DNA of 64,000 bases, taken from positions 256,001 to 320,000 of the forward strand of contig CAWEJX010000007.1 of assembly GCA_963809485.1 (NCBI GenBank). The letters run 5' to 3'. Below, in pieces: positions 8,548-21,114 of the stretch. Below the pieces are notes generated by a model. The model had not been told where the DNA came from. It ran no database searches and saw nothing but the letters and a program-made list of their open reading frames with translations. The DNA is from an uncultured Acidobacteriota bacterium (GTDB lineage: Bacteria; Acidobacteriota; UBA6911). The stretch's first letter is position 1. The number at the start of each line of letters is the position of its first letter. Made by a program: the position numbers and the translations under genes.

Positions 8548-11500
8548 TCACAGATTGGAGGAAGCGATGAAATTTTCTTTGATTTTTTTGTAGAGCTTCT
8601 CGGTTCCCGGGGAGGGAGTAATTCCGAGTACGAAGGAAAGGGTTTGCTTGCAGCGCATGTACATCGACAGGGCTTCGCTTTTCTGGCCGAGGTGAAGATG
8701 GCACTCCATGGCGTGCCGGTAGAGTTCCTCGGCCAGATTATCCAGGTCCAGGCCCTTTTGATAGCAGTCAAGGGCGTCCTGCCACCTGCCGGTCTGCTCG
8801 TACAGGCCGCCCAGCCACTTGATGTTTCCAAGGAACTTCGTCCTCAAACGCTCCCGCAGCGATAGAGCCCAGGGTTCATCGGTCTCGCCGGCCAGGAAGT
8901 GTCCGGCGTAAATCCCCATGGCCCTCTGAGCCGCATGAAAGGCGCGTTCGGTTTCCCTTTCAGTTTTCGCAAGATCGACGAACCTTTCGAAGACCCGTAG
9001 ATCGACCCAGCACTGCCGGTCATCCAAAGTGAGGCGGCCGTCGCGCAGCTGCAGAGCCTGCGGACATCCCAGAAGGGCCCGCAAGCGCTGCAGGTTCACC
9101 TCAAAGGAATGATGCGCCGCATCCCCCTCGGCCTCGGGCCACAGGATATCGGCAATCGCCTCCTCCCTCACACCTTTCCCGCCGAGAGCAAGCAGGACCT
9201 TCAGGAGGTCGAGCGGCTTCTTCCTGGCCTTCCGCGAAAACTCGATGGCTTCCCCATCCCGATGGATTTCGAATCGTCCAAGAGTGTAGATCCTGATCGC
9301 CCAAGGCCACTTGTCAATTTCCAGAGGGGGCGTGTCGGGCAAAAGATGGAGGGTCCGGACAAGTTCCTGAACATACGGCACTTCGATATCATGTTCCAGC
9401 GCCTTTGCGCACAAGCGCGCGAGCACGGCCGGCTGCCAATGGAGCATGATCGTCTTGTACTGATGCTCCACTCCTATTTTCATCGCAGACCGGAGCGCCC
9501 CCACCGCCCGCTTTTCTTTCTCTGCATCGAACAGAAAGTGCGCTTCATCGAGCAGGGAAAAATAGGCGAAATAGGGAGAGCTTCCCATTTTGGAAATAAT
9601 CCGTTTGGTCTTCGAGACCTGGAGAAGGGCCGCCTCATGGTCCCCTTTCGCATGCCGGATTTTGGCGATGAGCTGGCGAATGAGGATTTCGGGGATTGGA
9701 GTAGAGCATTCCTGGCTCATCTGCAGCGCTTTCTCAGCAAGAGCGAGGGCATGATGCAATTTGCCGCCAAGGAAGTGAATCCATCCCGAAATGTATGGAT
9801 GCATATTGGACATGGCGCGCGGCGTTCTAGAGGCGATGGCTTCCATCTTTTGAAGGAACTGCTCAGCCAGTGCCGTATCGTTCATGGACAGAGCCGCGGA
9901 AGACGCCAGTGCGTAGACAAAAGCATCCTGTATATGAATCCCATTCTTTCCCGCCAGTTCGATCACTTCTCCGGCCAAAACAATTGCGGACTGAAGCTCG
10001 GAGGACTGAAACAGCTTCGGCCTCATTTCCGTGACTTTCCAGACAATCAAGGACAGGGGGGTGGCGGAAATGGAGAGCGTCATCGCTTTCGCCTGCTTCA
10101 CCAGAGGGTGCATATTGCCCAAATCCCCGAGCCAGAAGAAGTACGTGACGCTATTTGAGATCGCCTGAAGCCGCAGGCTGTCATCACCTATTTCCGACAG
10201 CAGCCCCACAGCCCGATCCAGCCACTTCCGCACATTCGGGCGGGGCGGAATGGCCCAGGTAAAAAGCCCGACCACGCTTGCCGCTACCCGGGCCTCAATC
10301 TCAGGAGAAGGGAATACCGGGTGGTCGCGAAGCCGGGTCTCGAACCATTCAAACCACGAGGTCAGAGGGGTGAAGTTGTCCCACGCGAGAAGTATGCTGT
10401 CGACCGCGCCGGACCAGGCGAGAAGCGTTCCGGTCACGTCGTTTTGAGCCTCGAAAAGATGAAAGGCCTTTTCGAAACAGGCCGTGCTTTGCAGCGGGCT
10501 TTGGGGCATGAAGCACACGGCCCTCCAGTAGAGAAGCCAGGGAGATGTACTCAGGCCTTCAGGAGGCATTGCCGCCAGCCATTTTTCGACGACCTTGTAC
10601 CTGCCCTGAGAGATAAGCGCCGGCGCCTGAGCAAGGATGAAACGGGCCAGGTTGTTCCAATCCGTTGTCTGGATAAGAAGCTCCGCCGCACCCTCGGTAT
10701 CTCCCGACGACTCGAGCAGGCGCGCCGTCTTGGCCAAAATGGCCGTAATCTGAGCTGGCGTCATTTCGCTTCTGGCGCGGCTTACAAGAAATTCCCTCAA
10801 GAGCTGATGGTAACGAAAGACCGGTTCCGGAGAATGGTCCCGTTCGGTGAAATAGCTGTTTCGCGTCAGCCGGGAAAGAATAGCGGCTGCATTCGAAAGG
10901 CCGGTGAGTTCTTTGGCCATGCTCACTGTGATTCTGGGCAGGAAAGCCGTTTTGAGCAGGAACACTTGCAGTTCCCTGTCGATTCGGGCGAAGAACTGAG
11001 TTCCAAAATAGTCGATAATATCTTCGCGGCTCAACTTGCCGGGTTCGTCACGGAAGATTTGCACTTTCATGCTCTCCAGCATGAGCACCAATCCCGCAAC
11101 CCATCCATCTGCATCCAGGTGGAGTCGCCTTATGTTTTCCAGGGGAATCTCCCGTCCCCTCAAACGTGCGATTCCCGCCGTTTCCTCGATGGTGAGGCGG
11201 AGATCGTCCCACCCCAGCAGGTTCATGGCGCCGTTCGCCCGCAAGCGGGTGAGGGCTTGGGGAAAGGCATGACGGCTGATCACAATTATATTGATCCCCT
11301 CCGGTATGGCTTCGAACGCCTTGCCCATCACTTCGTGAAGCTGGGAATCATCGGACGTCGAGTGATAGTTGTCGAAAACCAGAAGGTAGCCGTGCTTAAG
11401 CCTGCCGAAAAGGTTCTCAAAAAAACGCAGCGCAAAAACCGGGACACCCCCCTGCAAATATTCCGGAGTGAGCAGCGGCATCGGTTTCCGGATTCTGGGT

Positions 11501-11838
11501 GCAGCCTTCTTCCCCGCCAGTCCCAAATAATAAAAGAAAGTGGCGGGGTCGCCGTCTCCTTCGTCCATCCGGTACCAGAGATACCGAGCCTTGCGTTCCT
11601 TGAGATAGCTCGCGATGAGCGTCGTTTTGCCTGAACCTGCAGGGCCGGAAACCCAGATCAGAGGCCTGTTTCTTTTTTCGTCAAGGGCGCGAAAAAGCCT
11701 CTCGCGGGGGAAAAATGCCTCTATCCGGGGAAGCGTGACTTTTGCCAGAGAAAGGTCGTTCACCCGGTAGACTTCGCCGATGCTTCTCCGGCCGAGTCGC
11801 TCATCGACGCGATAATGACCCATTTTCCTGCCGGTCAT
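8548..11838 (-). CDS. MalT-like STAND ATPase/TPR transcriptional regulator with C-terminal wHTH-BTAD
   Basis: Walker A GPAGSGKTT; DGDPATFF, GWVAGL, FRYHQL MalT motifs; C-terminal TLGRF...LWPE...RLR...GHFLAG (SARP/BTAD). Confidence 0.9.
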   Translation of the reverse strand: MTGRKMGHYRVDERLGRRSIGEVYRVNDLSLAKVTLPRIEAFFPRERLFRALDEKRNRPLIWVSGPAGSGKTTLIASYLKERKARYLWYRMDEGDGDPATFFYYLGLAGKKAAPRIRKPMPLLTPEYLQGGVPVFALRFFENLFGRLKHGYLLVFDNYHSTSDDSQLHEVMGKAFEAIPEGINIIVISRHAFPQALTRLRANGAMNLLGWDDLRLTIEETAGIARLRGREIPLENIRRLHLDADGWVAGLVLMLESMKVQIFRDEPGKLSREDIIDYFGTQFFARIDRELQVFLLKTAFLPRITVSMAKELTGLSNAAAILSRLTRNSYFTERDHSPEPVFRYHQLLREFLVSRARSEMTPAQITAILAKTARLLESSGDTEGAAELLIQTTDWNNLARFILAQAPALISQGRYKVVEKWLAAMPPEGLSTSPWLLYWRAVCFMPQSPLQSTACFEKAFHLFEAQNDVTGTLLAWSGAVDSILLAWDNFTPLTSWFEWFETRLRDHPVFPSPEIEARVAASVVGLFTWAIPPRPNVRKWLDRAVGLLSEIGDDSLRLQAISNSVTYFFWLGDLGNMHPLVKQAKAMTLSISATPLSLIVWKVTEMRPKLFQSSELQSAIVLAGEVIELAGKNGIHIQDAFVYALASSAALSMNDTALAEQFLQKMEAIASRTPRAMSNMHPYISGWIHFLGGKLHHALALAEKALQMSQECSTPIPEILIRQLIAKIRHAKGDHEAALLQVSKTKRIISKMGSSPYFAYFSLLDEAHFLFDAEKEKRAVGALRSAMKIGVEHQYKTIMLHWQPAVLARLCAKALEHDIEVPYVQELVRTLHLLPDTPPLEIDKWPWAIRIYTLGRFEIHRDGEAIEFSRKARKKPLDLLKVLLALGGKGVREEAIADILWPEAEGDAAHHSFEVNLQRLRALLGCPQALQLRDGRLTLDDRQCWVDLRVFERFVDLAKTERETERAFHAAQRAMGIYAGHFLAGETDEPWALSLRERLRTKFLGNIKWLGGLYEQTGRWQDALDCYQKGLDLDNLAEELYRHAMECHLHLGQKSEALSMYMRCKQTLSFVLGITPSPGTEKLYKKIKENFIASSNL

Positions 11839-12213
11839 GGGGGTCACTCCCTCCAAGCCGCCATTCTGAACAAAGCGATAAGACGAAAATTGAAATTGGG
11901 TCGATTATAACGCCCATGAATTCACAATCAACCCGAATCCGCTATCCGGATCCCGACTCGCCCGCAAATCGGGACTCACACGGCGCTTCCCGCCTGCATC
12001 TCCAGCCGCCTTTTCGCATAAGCCCCGGATGTCACGCCAACCGGAATTACCCGAACCTGATTCCGGCCCTCAGTGGCGCAGAAAACGCTGCGCACCAAAT
12101 CCATAGCCCGGCTTTTGCCGACCCAGATTAGAGGGCGTGGACCTGGGCAAGGCCCGGCGCGGCGACGATGCAAAGCCGCTTGTCTTGATTGGATGTTCCT
12201 GCAGGGCTAAGAT

Positions 12214-13128
12214 GTGAGTATGGAGGTCTCCCACAGAAGGGCATTCCCGGTATTGCGGGCGCGGGTACTGTACGCGAAACCATTACCCAGAGTTTGCCTG
12301 GCCTTGCTTGCTGTTTTTGCGGCGCTGGTTTGCGCCGGGTGCCCGCCCAAGGTAGCCCGGGTCAAGGTGTCGAGCGAGGACATCATCCGCTCCAACGAAG
12401 CTTCCAGGGAAGGTGACGTCGCTTTTGCGCGCAAGGATTTTTACGCCGCGCTGATCAAGTATCTCGAAGCCAGCCGGTTGAATCCCAATAATGAATTCAT
12501 CTTCAACCGGGTGGGAATCACCTATTCCCAGTTGCACTACTATCAGGAAGCGAGCGTCGCCTTTCAGCGCTCGATGGCGCTCAATCTCAAATATCCCTAT
12601 TCCGTCAACAACCTCGGTTCCGTCTATTTCGCTCTCAAAGATCTCAAGAAGGCGGAGAAGTATTTCAGAAAAGCCGTCCGCATGAAGGAAGACGAGCCTT
12701 CTTTCCATATGAACCTGGGATCGCTGTACTTTGAGAGGAGGAAGTTCGACCTCGCGATGGCCGCGTGGCAGAGAGGCCTGACCCTGGACCCCGAGATTTT
12801 GACCAAAAACAGCAGCGTCAGCCTGATAGGAGGCAGCACTCCATCCAAGGAGAGGAGCTATTATCTGGCCCGCCTGTTCGCTTCCGCGGGCAACGTGACC
12901 AGGGCCATAGAAAGCCTCCAGCAGGCGTTTACCGACGGATGGTCCGAAATTGCCGCTATTGAAAAGCAGCCCGACTTCGATCGCATACGCAAGGATGAGC
13001 GGTTCGTCGAGTTTCTTAAAAACCTCGAGGTCCTGATCAGACTTAGGGAGAGCGGCGCATCCGGCGATTCGCAAGGCGTTGCGCTCGAAAAGCGGGCGCC
13101 TGACGGCGGCGCGCAGAAACCGCAATAG
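12214..13128 (+). CDS. TPR-repeat lipoprotein
   Basis: Lipobox-like VCAGC; TPR motifs (NNLGSVY, MNLGSLY); C-terminal DFDRIRKDERF. Confidence 0.8.
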   Translation: MSMEVSHRRAFPVLRARVLYAKPLPRVCLALLAVFAALVCAGCPPKVARVKVSSEDIIRSNEASREGDVAFARKDFYAALIKYLEASRLNPNNEFIFNRVGITYSQLHYYQEASVAFQRSMALNLKYPYSVNNLGSVYFALKDLKKAEKYFRKAVRMKEDEPSFHMNLGSLYFERRKFDLAMAAWQRGLTLDPEILTKNSSVSLIGGSTPSKERSYYLARLFASAGNVTRAIESLQQAFTDGWSEIAAIEKQPDFDRIRKDERFVEFLKNLEVLIRLRESGASGDSQGVALEKRAPDGGAQKPQ

Positions 13129-13132
13129 CGGC

Positions 13133-14104
13133 TTATACGCCGCCGGCGGTTCTGCCGGAGAGCTCGATCATCCAGGCCGCCAGCAGCGGCAGCATAATTT
13201 CGTGATGACCGGTGAGGGGAATGCCCCGTCCCCCGTTTTTTAGCGGCCTTTTGAGAACGTTTTCCGTCGGCCGGTAATGCTGGATGAAATCAAGGTTCGC
13301 GGTGGTGAAGTTCTGCAGCGGCCGGCCGCTGTTTCGCACGAGCGTTACGCTTTTTAAGAATACCTCCGGCAAAACCACGGCGGAACCGCAGTTCAAATAA
13401 ACACCTCCTTCGTTCAATTCCGCCACGAGGCCTGCAAAAAGACGAAAATCCCGGTGGCTGCCCAATCCGATCGCTTCCGGAGAGACGTGGGGATGATTGT
13501 GGATAATGTCCGCCCCTATGGTCACATGAACCGTTACGGGAATGCCGATCCGGTAGGCCTGGAGGACAAGGCTGTATTCGCCATAGGCCGGTTTCATGCC
13601 GGCAAGATGCCGGCCCAGCGATTCGCCTATGCCAAGCCCGTCTGCCACGCCCTCGCGAATGGCCTGGTTGATGCCTTGTCCCGTTTCCTCGGCCATGCCG
13701 AAGGCTCCCGTCTGGAGCTGGGCGTCCACGTCTTCGCTGGTAGACCCGATCAGGGCAATTTCATAATCATGAATGATACCCGATCCGTTCAGCGCCAGGC
13801 CCGACATCAGCCCGCGCCTCATCAGATCGATGAGGATCGGGGAAAGGCCCGTTTTGATGACGTGCCCGCCGGCGCCCCAGAGTATAGCCCTGCCGGCTGC
13901 CTGAGCCCTCAGGACGGCATGGGCGAGCTCCCTGAGATTCTGAGCCCCCAGGATGGAAGGAAAGGTTTCCAGAAATTCCGCAACGCTTCCGCCTTTTGTA
14001 TGGGGTCTGCCAAAGCTCCCCACCGCAACCTTGCTCGAGCGGCTGCGTAGTGGATAGGTTTGTATTCTGTCGAGGCCGAAAGGTTTCGTGCGGTATTTGG
14101 ACAT
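13133..14104 (-). CDS. Deoxyhypusine-synthase-like fold protein
   Basis: GGHVIKTG, FGMAEETG, GSAVVLPEVFLK, GHHEIM motifs. Confidence 0.7.
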   Translation of the reverse strand: MSKYRTKPFGLDRIQTYPLRSRSSKVAVGSFGRPHTKGGSVAEFLETFPSILGAQNLRELAHAVLRAQAAGRAILWGAGGHVIKTGLSPILIDLMRRGLMSGLALNGSGIIHDYEIALIGSTSEDVDAQLQTGAFGMAEETGQGINQAIREGVADGLGIGESLGRHLAGMKPAYGEYSLVLQAYRIGIPVTVHVTIGADIIHNHPHVSPEAIGLGSHRDFRLFAGLVAELNEGGVYLNCGSAVVLPEVFLKSVTLVRNSGRPLQNFTTANLDFIQHYRPTENVLKRPLKNGGRGIPLTGHHEIMLPLLAAWMIELSGRTAGGV

Positions 14105-14110
14105 GATCGA

Positions 14111-14695
14111 TCACAGTCCTTTCATGTTTTCATCCGTCAACTGGCATAGAAGGTGGCCGACCATGATGTGAACTTCCTGAATTCGCGCAGACAGTTGGTG
14201 CGGGACATTCAGGTTATATCGAACCCTGGATGCCAGCCGCCCGCCATCCCTGCCGGTCAGGCCGACAGTGACCATCCCAAGCTCCTCTGCGGCCTCGGTT
14301 GCGCGCAGCACATTGGGGGAGTTTCCGCTCGTTGATAGCGCAAATGCGATATCGCCCTTGCAGCCCAGCGCGCGCACCTGACGGACAAAAACCTGCTCGA
14401 ACCCGTAATCGTTTCCCACTGCCGTCAGAACCGACGTATCCGTAGTCAGCGCGACGGCGGGCATCGGCCGCCGTTCCCGCTGGAACCTGCCAACCCATTC
14501 GGCGGCCAGGTGCTGGGCGTCCGCCGCGCTGCCGCCATTTCCGTAGAGGAGCATCTTGTTGCCGTTCTCCAGCGCCGAACAGATTTCCCGCACAATCCGG
14601 GCAATGAGCTCTTCGTTGTCGCGGAAAAAAGCCCTCTGGAGCTCCAGGCTCTCAGCCACAGTTTTTCGGATGGTTTCGATCATGGACTCAAACAT
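14111..14695 (-). CDS. gmhA: Phosphoheptose isomerase
   Basis: GNGGSAADAQH, NDYG, STSGNSPN, RIQEVH. Confidence 0.95.
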   Translation of the reverse strand: MFESMIETIRKTVAESLELQRAFFRDNEELIARIVREICSALENGNKMLLYGNGGSAADAQHLAAEWVGRFQRERRPMPAVALTTDTSVLTAVGNDYGFEQVFVRQVRALGCKGDIAFALSTSGNSPNVLRATEAAEELGMVTVGLTGRDGGRLASRVRYNLNVPHQLSARIQEVHIMVGHLLCQLTDENMKGL

Positions 14696-14860
14696 CGGTC
14701 AGCCTGTGAGGGATGTCAAGTCATAAAAAACGGATTCGAAATTCGGAATTCGAGTCTGTGAGAAACCGGGGCCGCGGTCTTTCAATACTTTGGCGCGGAT
14801 TGACTCGCATGCCCCTATCTGTTAGATTAGGCCATTTATAGCCTCTGGAGAACTTCTCCA

Positions 14861-17530
14861 ATGTTCGGTGCGATTCTCACCAAAATAGTCGGCAGCAAAA
14901 ACGATCGCGATCTGAAGCAGATAACTCCTATCGTTCAGCGCATCAGCGACCTTGAAGCCGAGATGGCGCAGCGGTCCGACGTCGAGCTGGCCGGGCTTAC
15001 GCCCAAATTCCGCGAGCGCCTTGCCAACGGGGAGGCCCTGGACGACATCCTCCCGGAAGCTTTCGCGGCCGTGCGGGAGGTCGGCAAGCGAACCCTGAAC
15101 ATGAGACACTTCGATGTCCAGCTTATCGGTGGAGTCGTCCTCCACCGGGGGCGCATAGCCGAGATGAAAACCGGTGAAGGGAAAACGCTGGTCGCCACGC
15201 TGCCGGCCTACCTGAATGCGCTGGAAGGAAAAGGCGTTCACATCGTCACCGTCAACGACTACCTGGCCGGACGCGACGCCGAATGGATGGGCAAAATTTA
15301 CCAGGCGCTCGGTTTGACCGTAGGCTGCGTCCAGCACCCCCTGACGGACGAAGAACGCAAGACCGCGTACGCCTACGACATCACTTACGGCACGAACAAC
15401 GAACTGGGATTCGATTACCTCCGCGACAACATGAAGTATGAGCTGAAGGATTGTGTCCAGCGGGGATTCAACTTCGCCATCGTCGACGAAGTGGATTCCA
15501 TCCTCATCGATGAGGCGAGGACACCGCTCATCATTTCAGGGCCCGCCGAGGAATCCACAGACAAATACTTTAAAGTGGACCGGATCGTGCCCAGGCTGAG
15601 GCGGGACATCGATTACCAGGTGGACGAGAAGGCCAGGACGGTGAACCTGACCGAGGAGGGGGTTGAGAAGGCCGAGAAGCTGCTCAATGTCGGCAACCTG
15701 TTCGAGCCGCAGAATATGGACTGGGTCCACCATACCTACCAGGCCCTGAAAGCCCATCTGCTTTTCAAGCGGGATGTGGACTACATGGTCAAGGACGGGG
15801 AAGTGGTCATCGTCGACGAATTCACCGGCAGGCTGATGCCGGGACGGCGGTACAGCGACGGTTTGCACCAGGCGCTCGAAGCCAAGGAAAACGTCAAAAT
15901 CGAGCGGGAAAACCAGACCCTCGCCACGATCACTTTTCAGAACTATTTCCGCATGTACAAAAAGCTGTCCGGCATGACCGGAACCGCTGAAACCGAGGCG
16001 GAGGAGTTCTATAAAATATACAAGCTGGAAGTGAATGTAATCCCCACCAACAGAACCCTCATCCGCACGGAATTCCCGGACATCATCTACCGGACGGAGC
16101 GTGAGAAGTACAACGCCGTCGTCGAGGAAATCAAGGATTTATATGAGAGGGGCCGGCCCGTCCTGGTAGGGACGATCTCGATTGAAAAATCGGAGAAGCT
16201 GAGCGTATTGCTGAAAAGGCAGGGCATTCCCCATGTCGTTTTGAATGCCAAATACCACGCCAAGGAAGCGGAAATAGTCGCGCAGGCCGGCCGCAGAAAG
16301 GCTGTCACGATCGCCACCAACATGGCAGGGCGCGGGACGGACATCCTCCTGGGGGGTAATCCCGAGTTTCTCACACTGCAGGCGCTGCGTGAGAAAGGCC
16401 TGGACGCCTCGACAATGCCCAAGGAGGAGTACGAACGCATCCGAAACCATTGGACGGAGGTCTGCCCCAAAGAACACGACGCGGTGGTCGGGCTGGGCGG
16501 GCTGCACATCCTCGGGACGGAGCGCCACGAGGCGCGGCGCATCGACAACCAGCTGCGCGGACGGTCCGGCAGGCAGGGAGATCCGGGCTCATCCAGGTTC
16601 TATCTTTCATTGGAAGATGACCTCATGAGGATCTTCGCCAGCGACCGCATTTCGGGCATCATGCAATCGCTGGGGATGGAAGAAGGCGTCCCGATCGAAA
16701 GCAAACTCATCACGCGCCAGATCGAAAGAGCCCAGAAACAGGTGGAAGCCAGGAATTTCGAAATCCGCAAACACCTCCTGGAATACGACGACGTAATGAA
16801 CAAGCAGCGGGAAGCGATTTACGCGATCAGGCGGGAGCTTCTGGAGGGGGCGGATCAGAGAGAATATATCCTGGAACTGGCCAACGACATCATGAGCGAT
16901 CTGCTGGACAGGCACACTCCCAGGGAAAAGCCTGTCGATACCTGGGACCTGGAGGGCCTTCGCGTCAGCGCCGGAAACCAGTTTGGCTTCGACATGGCTC
17001 AGCTCGGCATCGATGGCAAGGATGCGGGCTATCAGGAACTCGCGGGAAAACTGCTGGATAATGTCCGGAAGATTTACGAGGACAAGGAGAAGCGGTTCGG
17101 CACGGAATATATCAGGTTCCAGGAACGCATGATCATGCTGCAGGTCCTGGACATGCAGTGGAAAGACCACCTGTATAATCTCGATCATTTGAAGGAAGGC
17201 ATCGGCCTTCGCGGTTACGGTCAGCGGGATCCACTCATAGAATATAAAAAAGAAAGCTTCGACATGTTTGAAGCGCTGCGGACCCGCATAGAGGAGGAAA
17301 CGATCCGTTTTCTCTATCTTTTCGAGCCGATAAGCAGGGAAGAACAGAATGCCCGCGAACGGGAGCGCGAGGACGCGCGCCGGAAAGCTCAAAGGCAGCA
17401 GGACCTGGTTTACAGCGCAGGGGATTCGGCCTCCGCAGCCCCTGCAAAACGGGAAATGGCCAAAGTCGGAAGAAACGATCCTTGCCCGTGCGGCAGCGGC
17501 AAAAAATTCAAGAAATGTCACGGTGCGTAG
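14861..17530 (+). CDS. secA: Preprotein translocase subunit SecA
   Basis: [57 protein letters not shown]. Confidence 0.99.
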   Translation: MFGAILTKIVGSKNDRDLKQITPIVQRISDLEAEMAQRSDVELAGLTPKFRERLANGEALDDILPEAFAAVREVGKRTLNMRHFDVQLIGGVVLHRGRIAEMKTGEGKTLVATLPAYLNALEGKGVHIVTVNDYLAGRDAEWMGKIYQALGLTVGCVQHPLTDEERKTAYAYDITYGTNNELGFDYLRDNMKYELKDCVQRGFNFAIVDEVDSILIDEARTPLIISGPAEESTDKYFKVDRIVPRLRRDIDYQVDEKARTVNLTEEGVEKAEKLLNVGNLFEPQNMDWVHHTYQALKAHLLFKRDVDYMVKDGEVVIVDEFTGRLMPGRRYSDGLHQALEAKENVKIERENQTLATITFQNYFRMYKKLSGMTGTAETEAEEFYKIYKLEVNVIPTNRTLIRTEFPDIIYRTEREKYNAVVEEIKDLYERGRPVLVGTISIEKSEKLSVLLKRQGIPHVVLNAKYHAKEAEIVAQAGRRKAVTIATNMAGRGTDILLGGNPEFLTLQALREKGLDASTMPKEEYERIRNHWTEVCPKEHDAVVGLGGLHILGTERHEARRIDNQLRGRSGRQGDPGSSRFYLSLEDDLMRIFASDRISGIMQSLGMEEGVPIESKLITRQIERAQKQVEARNFEIRKHLLEYDDVMNKQREAIYAIRRELLEGADQREYILELANDIMSDLLDRHTPREKPVDTWDLEGLRVSAGNQFGFDMAQLGIDGKDAGYQELAGKLLDNVRKIYEDKEKRFGTEYIRFQERMIMLQVLDMQWKDHLYNLDHLKEGIGLRGYGQRDPLIEYKKESFDMFEALRTRIEEETIRFLYLFEPISREEQNAREREREDARRKAQRQQDLVYSAGDSASAAPAKREMAKVGRNDPCPCGSGKKFKKCHGA

Positions 17531-17536
17531 GGCTGA

Positions 17537-19060
<1,524 letters not shown>

Positions 19061-19069
19061 CCCAGACAA

Positions 19070-19219
19070 ATTACGAATGACGAATGACGAATCAAAAAGC
19101 CTTAAATAGAGCTTCTTCCATATAACTAAATCTGTAATCTGTCTGTCCCGGCATGGCTTTCCAGGAGCATTCACAGGATGTCTGTTTCAATTCGTAAATC
19201 GTCACTCGTAATTCGTAAT
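19070..19219. repeat. Inverted pair of heptamer arrays after guaB
   Basis: ATTACGAATGACGAATGACGAA facing TTCGTAAATCGTCACTCGTAATTCGTAAT. Confidence 0.65.
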
Positions 19220-19286
19220 TTTGTTTAGACTTTTCCACTCATACACAAATCCTTAAACATAGCTCCCTGTTTCGAGGAATCCATTA

Positions 19287-19862
19287 ATGGCAGAAACCGA
19301 GGAAGCTGTCCGACGATTTCTCGAGGGGGAAGAAGAGGCTTTCGATCGGATTGTGCGGCGCTGGGAGAGGAAGGTTTACAACCTTGCCTGGCGCATGCTT
19401 GGCAACCGAGAAGACGCCCAGGATGTAACTCAGGAAACTTTTCTTTCCATCTTCAAGTCAATAAAGAATTTGCGGGATCCGGACAGATTTTCGGCTTGGC
19501 TGTATCAGATCACCCTGAATCATTGTCGGGCCAGGTGGAAATCACGCGCCTCGAATTTGGCCGTCGAGGATTCACTTTCCTCAGAGGCCGGAGAGGAAGG
19601 AGAAAACCCTTTATCCGCGCTGTCGGCTCCGGCGAAAGCCGATTCATTGGAGGCCATGGACCTGATACGGAAAGCATTGGCCGGCCTCAGCGAGGATCAC
19701 CGAACCGCCGTGATTCTAAAGGAGTATATGGGGCTCAGCCTCGAGGAGTTGGCGCAGGTCATGGGATGCCCTCTTTCCACGGCGAAGTCGCGCCTTTACC
19801 ATGGGCTCCGGGAAGTGCAGGAAAACCTGATTCGCCTCGGAATTAAGCCTCGCTCTCAGTAG
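19287..19862 (+). CDS. ECF sigma factor
   Basis: DAQDVTQETF, FSAWLYQI, region 4 STAKSRLYHG. Confidence 0.93.
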   Translation: MAETEEAVRRFLEGEEEAFDRIVRRWERKVYNLAWRMLGNREDAQDVTQETFLSIFKSIKNLRDPDRFSAWLYQITLNHCRARWKSRASNLAVEDSLSSEAGEEGENPLSALSAPAKADSLEAMDLIRKALAGLSEDHRTAVILKEYMGLSLEELAQVMGCPLSTAKSRLYHGLREVQENLIRLGIKPRSQ

Positions 19863-19930
19863 AGGCAGCCTCCCGGCCGCCGTTGCATGATGAGAAGCGA
19901 TAAACAGACATTTAACAAGGAACGATCGCC

Positions 19931-20482
19931 ATGCGCTGTGAAGAAATCCAGGAACGTTTCGTGGAAGCCCTGTATGATGAGTACAGCGGTTCACCGGAAA
20001 GTGCTGATTTAAGAGAACATTTGCGAACTTGCGCCGCCTGCCGCGCTGAACTGGACGAATTGAAACAGACACGGAAGTCATTGGGGCTCTGGAGGGACGA
20101 GCCTCCCCTGCAAAGCATTGCCGTGGCAGGACGGAAACCTCTTGTCCCTGCCGCATCCGGATGGGGATATCTGCGCTATGCAGCCATAGCGGCTTTGGCC
20201 GTGATATCTCTTTTAGCCATTGCAAATACGCAAGTTAAATGGAACAAGGAGGAATTTTCCTTCAGCGCGCGCCTGTGGCCGGCACCTGAAAGCGGGAAAG
20301 ATTACTATACAAAGGACGAAGTTCGCGACCTCCTCAAGCGGTCCCTGGAAGACAGTGAATCCCGCACAAACGAAACCAATTACCTGATGATGCAGAAAGT
20401 GCTGGACACGGTCGAGCAGGATCGATGGATGGACCTGAACCTGATCCGCAACACAGGGGGCAGGTATCAGAATAAAAACTGA
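19931..20482 (+). CDS. Anti-sigma factor (zf-HC2 + TM)
   Basis: HLRTCAAC (HxxxCxxC), one TM helix. Confidence 0.85.
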   Translation: MRCEEIQERFVEALYDEYSGSPESADLREHLRTCAACRAELDELKQTRKSLGLWRDEPPLQSIAVAGRKPLVPAASGWGYLRYAAIAALAVISLLAIANTQVKWNKEEFSFSARLWPAPESGKDYYTKDEVRDLLKRSLEDSESRTNETNYLMMQKVLDTVEQDRWMDLNLIRNTGGRYQNKN

Positions 20483-20511
20483 CTGCTTTTGGGCTCAACA
20501 GGCATATATTC

Positions 20512-21114
20512 ATGGGAGAACCTGGAGTGATCAAAATTGCTTGGATAAAACGACTTGTCACCGCTCTTTTGCTTGCGGCGATTACGGGATCGCCGGCGCA
20601 GGCTGCCGGCGCAAAACAGGAGGATACGAGACAGGAATATGTCTCTGCCCTCCAGGACATCCTGCGATTCGAAGGGATCATTAACGACGTGATCAACAGC
20701 AGTTTCAGCACAAGCCCGTTTGCCGTCGTCCAGAAGCCGAAGGGCGCTTATCTGCAGGGGTACGGCGTCAGTTTTGCATTTCTCGTCAATATTCACCGGG
20801 CCGTGAAGCGCACGCCGTTCGGCACCATCCGGCCCAAAAACGAACCGACCCAGGAGCTGAAAAAGCAGCGAATAGAGGAGTTGAAAGAAAAGCTGATACG
20901 GGTGCTTCAAGATAATGGAGAAAACTTCCGGATACTCCGAAAAGAAGAATATGTCACAATTATAGCTTACCTGGAGGACTGGAATCTTCCGGACGAGCCA
21001 AGCTCGAACAAAACGATCGTTCTGAGCGCGCTCAAGAAGGATCTGGATGAATTCGCACGGCGAAGCGATCGCTTGAAGGAATTCAAACAAAGGATGAAAA
21101 TCGTTGAGTATTAG
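20512..21114 (+). CDS. Exported hypothetical protein
   Basis: Signal peptide; overlaps the gspE start. Confidence 0.75.
   Translation: MGEPGVIKIAWIKRLVTALLLAAITGSPAQAAGAKQEDTRQEYVSALQDILRFEGIINDVINSSFSTSPFAVVQKPKGAYLQGYGVSFAFLVNIHRAVKRTPFGTIRPKNEPTQELKKQRIEELKEKLIRVLQDNGENFRILRKEEYVTIIAYLEDWNLPDEPSSNKTIVLSALKKDLDEFARRSDRLKEFKQRMKIVEY

Noticed and set aside
9109-11634. 349-aa and 437-aa plus-strand ORFs
   Set aside because: Antisense to the well-supported BTAD regulator.
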